This document shows, one piece after another, positions 49,481-57,463 of a stretch of DNA of 64,000 nt. Each line of letters opens with the position of its first letter. Within the stretch, counting starts at the first letter, position 1. Both the position numbers and the translations under genes were made by a program. Source of the stretch: Planctomycetota bacterium (GTDB lineage Bacteria > Planctomycetota > JACQVV01 > JASMLP01); the NCBI GenBank assembly GCA_030748635.1, contig JASMLP010000112.1, positions 1,422-65,421 of the forward strand. The letters are read 5' to 3'. The notes under the pieces are model-generated. The model was given only the letters and a program-made list of their open reading frames with translations, did not search any database and had not been told where the DNA came from.

Positions 49481-51084
49481 CAGTCCATATCCTCCCCACC
49501 CAGCGAATCTCGCTGAACGGGCTGTTTGTACATCTTGTACTTTGTGGACTTACGACGCAAATCGTACTCCGTTTTCTTGATCAGATACCGCTTCTCGTAG
49601 TCGCTCCGACGTAATCGACACATCTCCTCGAGAAGACGAAGAGCCTCGGTAGGATTCTTCTCCTCTCCAGCAAATAGTTTATGACGTTTTTCGAATTGAC
49701 GGTCGAGATCGTCCCCGACTTTTTCCAGAAAAGGCTTGGCCTTCCGATACTCCTCAAGAAATTGACCAAATGGAATGGTTCGCAAGAGGTCGATGGCTTG
49801 TCGGCAATTCTGGTAAGACTCCCGATAATTATCCAGATTACTCCGACGATCCTCATATTTCCTGGTGGCATCCGCAAAAAGACGTCGAACTTCTTTCAAG
49901 GTCTCTTCCTTGCTGGTCTTTTCAGCCCGGACGCGAGGCTTCGGCGCAATCTTACAAAGGATATACCACCGATTCTCATTCTTATAATCGATGGTAATGA
50001 TCGTATTTTCTCGAATCCGAGGTTCGAGCAAAATATGAAATACGTAACGATTCCGGCGCTTGTCGAGAGACTTGGCTATCCATGTGGCCCCAAGCGCGTC
50101 CTTGTCCAGAACATTCAACAAACGGCTTTCGGAAACCATTAAATCCGCACCTTGATCGACAGCCACCACCAGGACCTTGTTTCTGCCAACCACCAGTTTT
50201 TCTTCTGTACGAAAACTTTTCTTGGAAAAGAATGTCTCCTTGATATTCCAAACGAAAAATATCGCAAAGAGGAGCAGCCCTCCCCCCATCGCATAGTGAA
50301 TGGGTCGCAGCTGGCTCAGTCCTGCTCCCCCGGCAACAAGAACATCATCCATGTTCAACAAATCGGTCCCGCCAAGATCCGACGCATCTCGGCGAACACG
50401 CATTTCTCCATCAAGATCCGCCCCCCCACTATCGGATCCGAGGTTCTGCTGTTCGAGTTGATTCAGATCTATCTGTTCGGGCTGCAGGAAGCTCCCCATA
50501 TCGAGTAGTTCGGTTCCCGGTTCAGCGTCTCCCGAAGAAACGGGAGCTACATTTTTTCTCCTGGACTTCTTTTTCGACTTCGAACGCTGCCGACCCCAAT
50601 CTGGGGGCGGTTCAGGAGCGTCGAGCAGCTGCTCGATCGGAACCACTTCGGTACCTCCATCCCCGGTGTCGATCAAAGCCATATCCGGCCCCGCTCCCTG
50701 CAGAAGACCTTCCATATCGACCAACTGAGTACCATCATCCACATCCTCGGGATCGCCGCTGGAATCGACGCCCTCGATCTCCAGAACTTCGAAACGCATA
50801 CGGAACCCACCGATTTTGATTTCATCATCTGTTTCGAGATGTTTTTCGGTCACGGGTTCACCGTTGACTCGAGGGCGATTTTTTGCCCCCAAGTCGGTGA
50901 GCACATAACCTCCGGCACGGTAAGAAATTTTCGCATGTTTTCGAGAGACCTTGGATCCCTCCAGGACGATATCGTTCGTATAAACACGCCCCAGAGAAAA
51001 TGTCATGTCCGACAATTCGTAGGAGGTCCCTTTCTCCTCGCCAGTGAGCATCGTAATCCTAGCGCGAGGCATCTGAGACCTCAC
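49480..51084 (-). CDS. FHA-TM protein with acidic Thr-repeat linker
   Basis: FHA LGR...VSRKH; four GTx[LV][LV] repeats; TM GGGLLLFAIFFVW; start may be 51072. Confidence 0.85.
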   Translation of the reverse strand: MRSQMPRARITMLTGEEKGTSYELSDMTFSLGRVYTNDIVLEGSKVSRKHAKISYRAGGYVLTDLGAKNRPRVNGEPVTEKHLETDDEIKIGGFRMRFEVLEIEGVDSSGDPEDVDDGTQLVDMEGLLQGAGPDMALIDTGDGGTEVVPIEQLLDAPEPPPDWGRQRSKSKKKSRRKNVAPVSSGDAEPGTELLDMGSFLQPEQIDLNQLEQQNLGSDSGGADLDGEMRVRRDASDLGGTDLLNMDDVLVAGGAGLSQLRPIHYAMGGGLLLFAIFFVWNIKETFFSKKSFRTEEKLVVGRNKVLVVAVDQGADLMVSESRLLNVLDKDALGATWIAKSLDKRRNRYVFHILLEPRIRENTIITIDYKNENRWYILCKIAPKPRVRAEKTSKEETLKEVRRLFADATRKYEDRRSNLDNYRESYQNCRQAIDLLRTIPFGQFLEEYRKAKPFLEKVGDDLDRQFEKRHKLFAGEEKNPTEALRLLEEMCRLRRSDYEKRYLIKKTEYDLRRKSTKYKMYKQPVQRDSLGGEDMD

Positions 51085-51442
51085 ATGCTAAAGGATCTTC
51101 TATCACCAGCCGATCTCCTCTTTGAACAGACACACGTGAAAGGCACCCCTCCGGTAATTCGATAGTTCCATAGGCCCCCACACATCCGGCAAATCGCCAC
51201 GGTCGCAATCGGTGGACCACTCGGCAAACACGTAAATCTCGAGCGACGAACAGAACATCGATCGCAAAACGCATGAAGAACATATGGATACTACTGCATG
51301 GACGGAGATACAAGCCCCCACCTTCTTCAATCGAGTTCCGCCCTAACAAACCTCGAGTACGTTCCAGAAACGTTTCCGCGATCTCCAGAGATTCTGCCAG
51401 GACAACGCCCTCGATCGTCCGCAATCGCACAAGACGCCCCAC
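51059..51442 (-). CDS. DUF192-family protein
   Basis: AETFLERTRGLLGR, CSSIHMFFMRFAIDVLF, TIELPEG. Confidence 0.9.
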   Translation of the reverse strand: MGRLVRLRTIEGVVLAESLEIAETFLERTRGLLGRNSIEEGGGLYLRPCSSIHMFFMRFAIDVLFVARDLRVCRVVHRLRPWRFAGCVGAYGTIELPEGCLSRVSVQRGDRLVIEDPLACEVSDASR

Positions 51443-51446
51443 AACC

Positions 51447-52406
51447 TCAACCCCACCCCATATGTTCGATCAGCATCGGGGAAAACAAGACGATAAAAAC
51501 CGTGGGCATGATAAAGCAAGTCAACGGTAACAGCATTTTGACCGGCGCTTCCCCCGCTAACTTTTCCGCTCTCTGAAAACGTTTGACTCGCATAACCTCT
51601 GACTGTACCCGAAGAATCGGACCGATCGGACTCCCCAGATCATCCGCCTGGATCAGATTATTGCTGAAACTGATCACATCCTCCACCAGGGTGCGATCGG
51701 CCAGTTCCTGGAGCGCTTTTTTACGACTCATACCGTACCGAATTTGCCGGAGCATTTCCCCAAACTCTTCCGCAATAGGGGTTCCTCGCTGGCGCTCGAC
51801 AATGCGAGTTAGACCCGAAGTAAAATCCAGTCCGGCATCCAGAGCTAATGCCAGCAAATCGATAGAAAAGGGCAATTGGCGTACAATCTTTCGCTGCCGC
51901 CGGCGCACCGTGTCCCGCAGACTCAAAACCGGGAAATAATAGCCAAACGTAACGAAAATCAGAGTACACAAGGTCGCTGGAATGATTTGCCAGAAGGCAA
52001 CGCTCAATGCGCCCAAAATCACGCTGCTGAGAAACATGGTAGCTAGCATCTCATCTGGAGTGAACACATCCGATTTGCCCGCGGCTGTCAATTGCCGGCC
52101 TAGGTAAGTTCGAGTCCGCCCCAAAGCGAGCCGAAATCGACCCAAAATACCAGCTTGCTGCAACCGTGAATCTCCGTAGATCCCCAGTCCCTCATCTAAA
52201 GCGATATCCGGCACCTTGGCGATATAGTGAGCAACCACCTGGATGAACGGTAGTAGCATCCGGAAGAAAGGGCTGGTCGTGACCGTTTCCACATCCTTTT
52301 CGATATTCACTTCCGCGACGGTCTGCCGTGCCCAGACATTCGCCGCGAAGAAGAAAAGTCCCGCGCTGAGTCCCAGCAAAAGACAATAGAACAAAACTTC
52401 ACCCAT
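51447..52406 (-). CDS. tadC: Tad pilus platform protein TadC (T2SS F family)
   Basis: LPFSIDLLALALDAGLDF, G.SRKKAL, QADDLGSPIG..LR, RAEKLAGEAPVKMLLPL. Confidence 0.9.
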   Translation of the reverse strand: MGEVLFYCLLLGLSAGLFFFAANVWARQTVAEVNIEKDVETVTTSPFFRMLLPFIQVVAHYIAKVPDIALDEGLGIYGDSRLQQAGILGRFRLALGRTRTYLGRQLTAAGKSDVFTPDEMLATMFLSSVILGALSVAFWQIIPATLCTLIFVTFGYYFPVLSLRDTVRRRQRKIVRQLPFSIDLLALALDAGLDFTSGLTRIVERQRGTPIAEEFGEMLRQIRYGMSRKKALQELADRTLVEDVISFSNNLIQADDLGSPIGPILRVQSEVMRVKRFQRAEKLAGEAPVKMLLPLTCFIMPTVFIVLFSPMLIEHMGWG

Positions 52407-52440
52407 ATCGGTTCTCCGTGACTCCCTTCACACAACCATC

Positions 52441-53433
52441 TCAGATATCGATTCCAACAATTTTCTGTATCATCCAGTAACCGATAAAATCGAGCAAAAA
52501 CACGATCGTGATGATGACCCAACCGGCGGTAGTATGAAACAAAGGATCCATGAATTCAGGGTTGATGTACGACAACGCCACGACCAACAACGCGGGGAGA
52601 AGAGCGACCACGATGGCTTGAAACCGCCCCTGCCCCGTCATGGAACCGATCTTACCTTCGATCCGATTTCGCTCCCTGATGATATTTTCCAGATTGGAGA
52701 ATATTGCGGGCAAGTTCCCTCCCACCTTCCCGGCGATATGGACAGCGGTCGCCACGAGAGCAAGATCTTCAGAAGGAAGACGTTCGTACAAGCTATCGAC
52801 CGCTTCTTCCATGCTCGACCCCAACCGTATTTCTTGCAAAAGGATTCTCACCTCTTGCTTCATCGGATTGATCGACTCATTTGCGATTTGCTCCCAACTC
52901 TTGGGTAAGGAAAATCCCGCTTTGAGATTATTCGATAGCCCCTGCAGTGCGGGCAAAAGTTGTTGCCTGAATTTCGTCTCCCGATTCTTTTTCAAACGCT
53001 TGAGCATGGCACGAGGCGCTCCCGCGGCACAAAGCCCAAACACCCCCGGAAGGAGCAAGGCCCCCCCCATCGCCATCGACAGTCCTACCGTTACCAAAAA
53101 GAAGAGTAGCGAGGAGAGATAGATCAGAACCTGCGGAGGAATGGTCAAAAACATCGCCTCCATCGACCGCCCCGCATCTTCGAGGTATCTCTCCTCATAA
53201 GAGTCCCACCCGCGGGAGAATAGCACGACCCCAAGAGACGTAAAGACCACCACCGAGAGGAACACAATCGCCAGGACCATTCCCTCGAAAGCGTCAAAAC
53301 CGGAAGCGGGATCCACCCCGGAATTCATGGACGTCATCTGGGCCAAAACCCAAACAGGACAACTCGTCGGGAGGTTCAAAAGGACCTCCCGAAGAATAAC
53401 CGTGAAGAATTTCGGCAAAATGTCATGTGCCAA
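52441..53433 (-). CDS. tadB: Tad pilus platform protein TadB
   Basis: KFRQQL..AL, LKAGFSL, VGGNL, IRER, MTGQGR; start uncertain. Confidence 0.9.
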   Translation of the reverse strand: MAHDILPKFFTVILREVLLNLPTSCPVWVLAQMTSMNSGVDPASGFDAFEGMVLAIVFLSVVVFTSLGVVLFSRGWDSYEERYLEDAGRSMEAMFLTIPPQVLIYLSSLLFFLVTVGLSMAMGGALLLPGVFGLCAAGAPRAMLKRLKKNRETKFRQQLLPALQGLSNNLKAGFSLPKSWEQIANESINPMKQEVRILLQEIRLGSSMEEAVDSLYERLPSEDLALVATAVHIAGKVGGNLPAIFSNLENIIRERNRIEGKIGSMTGQGRFQAIVVALLPALLVVALSYINPEFMDPLFHTTAGWVIITIVFLLDFIGYWMIQKIVGIDI

Positions 53434-55102
53434 AAATCCCCATATCGACCCCCACTCCTCTTTGGTTCATCTCATGAACAAAGTCGGGAATATGTCCTGT
53501 GGGCAAGTATTCTCCCAAAATTTTCCCATCCTCATCCATTCCGGTTTCCTGAAACCGGAAGATATCCTGTAGAAGAAACTCTCCATCATCCAGAGGCGCG
53601 ATCTCGGTAATATAAGTCACTTTCCGGGCGCCATCTTTGAGGCGAGTCTGCTGAACGACCAGATCAACCGCGCTGGATATTTGGGTTCGAATTGCCTGTG
53701 ATGGCAAATCCATTCCGGACATCAGGACCAGAGTTTCCAGTCGTCCCATGGCATCGACGGGAGTGTTGGCATGAAGAGTCGTCATGCTTCCATCATGACC
53801 GGTATTCATCGCCTGCAACATATCCAAAGCTTCGCCCCCACGACATTCGCCGACCATGATCCGATCCGGTCGCATCCGCAAAGAATTTCTCACCAGGTCA
53901 CGAATTTCGACAGCCCCTTCTCCCTCGAGGTTGGGCGGCTTGGTCTCGAGATTCACGACATGATCCTGGGGTAACTGCAACTCCGCCACATCCTCGACAG
54001 TAACGATCCGATCTCCTTCCGGAATATAGGATCCCAGCACATTGAGTAGCGTGGTCTTCCCCGAACCGGTACCACCGGAAATAATAATGTTCTTGTGCTC
54101 ACGAACGATCAGTTCGAGAAAGCTAGCCATAGCTGGACTGAGAGATCCGAAGCTGATCAGGCCTTCCATCGAAAGTCGATTTTCAGGAAACTTCCGGATG
54201 GTCAAACTCGGCCCACTGACCGCAAGCGGTGAAATCACCGCATTCACTCGTGAGCCATCCTTCAAACGGGCATCCACCATCGGACTGGATTCATTGATAA
54301 GTCTCCCGATAGGAGCAATGATTCGCTGGATCGCCTGAACGACTTGCTGATCTTCGATGAACCTCTTCTCGGACAGTTGTAATCTTCCGTCACGCTCGAT
54401 GTAGATTCGATCGTAACGATTGACCATGATCTCGGTCACCGAAGAGTCACTCAAAAGATCTTCCAGCGGACCCAACCCCAGAGCTTCATCCAGGATTTCT
54501 CGAATGAGCCGCCTGCGAGAAATATTTTTCGGAATTTTTTTCCGAATCCCCTTGATGATCTCTTCGACCACCTCCCGGGTTTTTTCTCGAGCCTCTTCTT
54601 CACTGACCTGCGTAAAATCCATATGTCGCAATCGCCGATCGCCCAGCAATTGCTCATGAATTTCCTTTTTGATCTCGACCGGGATCGCCCCTCCCTCTTC
54701 CGATACACTTCGCTCGGGCGCAGTCTGCTCCACCGCCACGCCTTCATCCGCGAGCGCTCGCTTCAGGTCTTCCTGGTGATCCAGATCACTTTCAGTCTGT
54801 TTCCGGTCGGCCTTGTACTGGATCTCGAATTCACCGATCTGAATTCGGGTTCCGTGATCGAGCACCGTATCGGACTCGATACGCGCACCATCCACATAGG
54901 TACCGTTGGAACTCCCCATGTCCCGAATCCGAAACTTCTTATCCGGCGGATAGAAATAGAGGGTGCAATGAGAACTACTAATTCCCGGACGGGCCAATAC
55001 GAGATCGTTTTCGGGACTCTTCCCGATCGTGAACTTATTGACAGTCAGATCGATTTTTCGAATCCGACCATCAACCTTGTTTCGAATCAGAAGCCGGGGC
55101 AT
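53423..55102 (-). CDS. tadA: TadA/CpaF pilus ATPase with N-terminal FHA domain
   Basis: GLGPLEDLL, EIMVN, DARLKDGSRVN, SGGTGSGKTT, EDVAEL, LRMRPDRIMVGECRG, MNTGHDG; FHA in the first ~100 aa. Confidence 0.95.
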   Translation of the reverse strand: MPRLLIRNKVDGRIRKIDLTVNKFTIGKSPENDLVLARPGISSSHCTLYFYPPDKKFRIRDMGSSNGTYVDGARIESDTVLDHGTRIQIGEFEIQYKADRKQTESDLDHQEDLKRALADEGVAVEQTAPERSVSEEGGAIPVEIKKEIHEQLLGDRRLRHMDFTQVSEEEAREKTREVVEEIIKGIRKKIPKNISRRRLIREILDEALGLGPLEDLLSDSSVTEIMVNRYDRIYIERDGRLQLSEKRFIEDQQVVQAIQRIIAPIGRLINESSPMVDARLKDGSRVNAVISPLAVSGPSLTIRKFPENRLSMEGLISFGSLSPAMASFLELIVREHKNIIISGGTGSGKTTLLNVLGSYIPEGDRIVTVEDVAELQLPQDHVVNLETKPPNLEGEGAVEIRDLVRNSLRMRPDRIMVGECRGGEALDMLQAMNTGHDGSMTTLHANTPVDAMGRLETLVLMSGMDLPSQAIRTQISSAVDLVVQQTRLKDGARKVTYITEIAPLDDGEFLLQDIFRFQETGMDEDGKILGEYLPTGHIPDFVHEMNQRGVGVDMGIFGT

Positions 55103-55160
55103 GATTGCCTTCAGAATCTGGACTTATCGGGGAACAACCACAGGGAACACAAGAATTGTA

Positions 55161-55190
55161 ATTATAGATCCAGACACGACTTGCTGACAA
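55161..55190 (-). promoter_or_regulatory. Candidate sigma70 promoter of the tad-FHA-kinase operon
   Basis: Minus strand TTGTCA-N18-TATAAT, about 60 nt upstream of the tadA ATG. Confidence 0.6.
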
Positions 55191-55233
55191 GTTGCGAACG
55201 GATTTCCGATGCTTCCCCCCACCGTTTCAAAAT

Positions 55234-56520
55234 CTACTTATCGGCCATGTTATAGGTGTACTTATTGCCCTCGATATCCCGAACAATCGCTTTGTAACTG
55301 TTGGTCATTTTGGGCTTACCTTCCGAATCCATGGCCGGAACCGGAACGCGACGCTTAACCATCTTGCCCTGATCATCGATAGCCATCTCCGCATCGGGAT
55401 GCTTTTCCTTGAACTTAACCAGTCCTTCTGCAGCCCATGCCTGCTTTTTCCCACCATCATAGGAGTATTTCGTCTCCGTAACCTCAGCCATAACCGGAAC
55501 CGGAAAACTCTCGACCTCTATCAAGGTGTACTTGGTGGTCATGTCCCAGTTGCGTTTTTCACTCCCATCCACTTTCTGGCGAACGTTCTTCTTGCCGATC
55601 CGACTATTTTTGCGCAAAAAGAAGCGCTTAGACACTTTGATGTCTCCCTTGAAACGCTTGGTCACCATGATGGTTGCCATGCCGCTGGTATAGCTCAAGA
55701 ACTCCAGCTCGACATTATCGGGCACCTTTTTGGAGACGCTCTCAGTGGACTCACTTCGACGCAACGACGTCGTCTGACGAGCCTCTTCCAGCTTTTCTTC
55801 ATCCCAATCGGAAGGAACCCGGGCCTTTTCCTTTTCGATCAAGGCCCCAAGAGCACACTTCCAGATACTTCCCCCCTGCGCCTCGCGGGCTTGGGTCAAT
55901 ACCGAAACGGTATAGTGATAAACCTCATTGGCACGTACATCTTCGTCTCGATACTGCGTTTCTTCACCTAGCAAAACGCGAAACAGATTGGACTCCTGAG
56001 CGCCACCTTTTCCAGCCCCCTCCTGTTTTCCCGTCCAGCGGTAAATAACGAAACCGTAGGTATCTGAAACTTTTTTGACCTTCCCATCAATCTCCGTTTC
56101 GCTCGATGGAGCGGTCCAGGAGACATCCAGGAACTTGCCTTTTTCATCGGGGGTGACTGTGAGTTCGGAAGGAGCGATCACCACCTGCTTTTCTGGTGGC
56201 ACTTCGATTTCGAAAACCTTGTCAGGATCGAAAGGTTTGACGGTAAAAAATGCCCAGGAAGCGTTCAGATCTGCGCCCCGCACTTTTTCCCAGCGTTTCG
56301 AAACCTCGGATGAAATTTTCCCAACGGCACCGATGTCTGGAGCCTTCTTCTGACGAGCCGAATCGATCCCTTTTTTCATCGATTCAATCTCATTCAAGGT
56401 TTTCCCGACCCCAGCGTCCCCACCACCAAAGAAGAAAACGTAGATAAACGTTAACACCGAAGCTCCCAGAAGAAGCTTTTCTCCATGTTCCTTCAACAGG
56501 TCCTTGGGATCCATGGCCAT
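55234..56520 (-). CDS. Membrane-anchored Lys-rich protein with fibronectin-III-like segment
   Basis: N-terminal TM; APSELTV...VSWTAP...GFVIYR...YRDEDV...YHYTVS pattern. Confidence 0.75.
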   Translation of the reverse strand: MAMDPKDLLKEHGEKLLLGASVLTFIYVFFFGGGDAGVGKTLNEIESMKKGIDSARQKKAPDIGAVGKISSEVSKRWEKVRGADLNASWAFFTVKPFDPDKVFEIEVPPEKQVVIAPSELTVTPDEKGKFLDVSWTAPSSETEIDGKVKKVSDTYGFVIYRWTGKQEGAGKGGAQESNLFRVLLGEETQYRDEDVRANEVYHYTVSVLTQAREAQGGSIWKCALGALIEKEKARVPSDWDEEKLEEARQTTSLRRSESTESVSKKVPDNVELEFLSYTSGMATIMVTKRFKGDIKVSKRFFLRKNSRIGKKNVRQKVDGSEKRNWDMTTKYTLIEVESFPVPVMAEVTETKYSYDGGKKQAWAAEGLVKFKEKHPDAEMAIDDQGKMVKRRVPVPAMDSEGKPKMTNSYKAIVRDIEGNKYTYNMADK

Positions 56521-56785
56521 GACAAATATCTCCGAGAAATCTCGTTTTCAGACGACTGTCAGATTCTTGATTACAAATGCGAACAGGAAGCCGATTATTG
56601 TACCGATTCATAACGTCAAGTCGACCTAGAGGATATAGTTTCATCCTCCAGGAACCCGAAATCGGCGTGGACTGGACGTAGGCATTTCATGCCGGAATCG
56701 CCTAGACTCCATGATCATGACTCCCGAAAACACCTTCTGGAGCTGTTTCCCACTCGCCAAGAGAAAGATACCGCCACCGACTCGA

Positions 56786-57259
56786 TCAGGAGTTGACGGT
56801 AAAAAGGTCCTCTTCTCTCCGCTGAATAAGAGAGCAAACCTCTTCCACAGATACAGCTTCCATCAATCCCTCCAGGAAGGAGGGTTCTGAAAAAAGCAGC
56901 GAGATCCGGGAGAGCAGATCCAGATAACGCCCGTGATTCTCCGGGTGATGGGAAATACAGAAGAACACATGCGTCTTGCTCCCGTCGGGGGCTCCAAAAT
57001 CGACTCCGTCCCGAGAGATTCCCAGCGAAACGACAAAACCGGGAGAGGCTGAGGTCCGAGCATGCGGGAGTGCGAACCGAGGCAGTATCGCAGTGGAACC
57101 CTTGTCCTCCCGATGAATCATGGCTTTCATGATTTCCCCAGCATCCGCCTCTTCACTCCCCTGCAACAGGGTCTGAACAAGTTCTGCGACGACACCGTCA
57201 CGATCTGCAGCCTGAAGATCGACCTGAATCCGATCCGCCGACAAGAGATCCTGAATCAT
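56786..57259 (-). CDS. PTS EIIA domain protein (fructose/nitrogen-regulatory type)
   Basis: REDKGSTA...ALPHAR (phospho-His), GVDFGAPDG; start at MIQDLL after GGAGG. Confidence 0.9.
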   Translation of the reverse strand: MIQDLLSADRIQVDLQAADRDGVVAELVQTLLQGSEEADAGEIMKAMIHREDKGSTAILPRFALPHARTSASPGFVVSLGISRDGVDFGAPDGSKTHVFFCISHHPENHGRYLDLLSRISLLFSEPSFLEGLMEAVSVEEVCSLIQRREEDLFTVNS

Positions 57260-57381
57260 TCCCTTCCTCCACCGTAGATTTCTACATGAATGGGTTCTCG
57301 TCCTAGCACAGGCCCGATCTCTCCGGCCCATTTCAACAGCTTCATTTTGCTCATCCCGCTTCCAAAAGCCAGAGGGTTCAT

Positions 57382-57408
57382 GTCAGGTATCGATAATATT
57401 TACCTGAC
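57382..57408. promoter_or_regulatory. Inverted repeat, candidate operator
   Basis: GTCAGGTA-N11-TACCTGAC in a divergent intergenic region. Confidence 0.5.
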
Positions 57409-57463
57409 TATCAGACGAAAGACTTTCACTCTACGGCGATCAGAAGGCATACAATAGAGTCCC

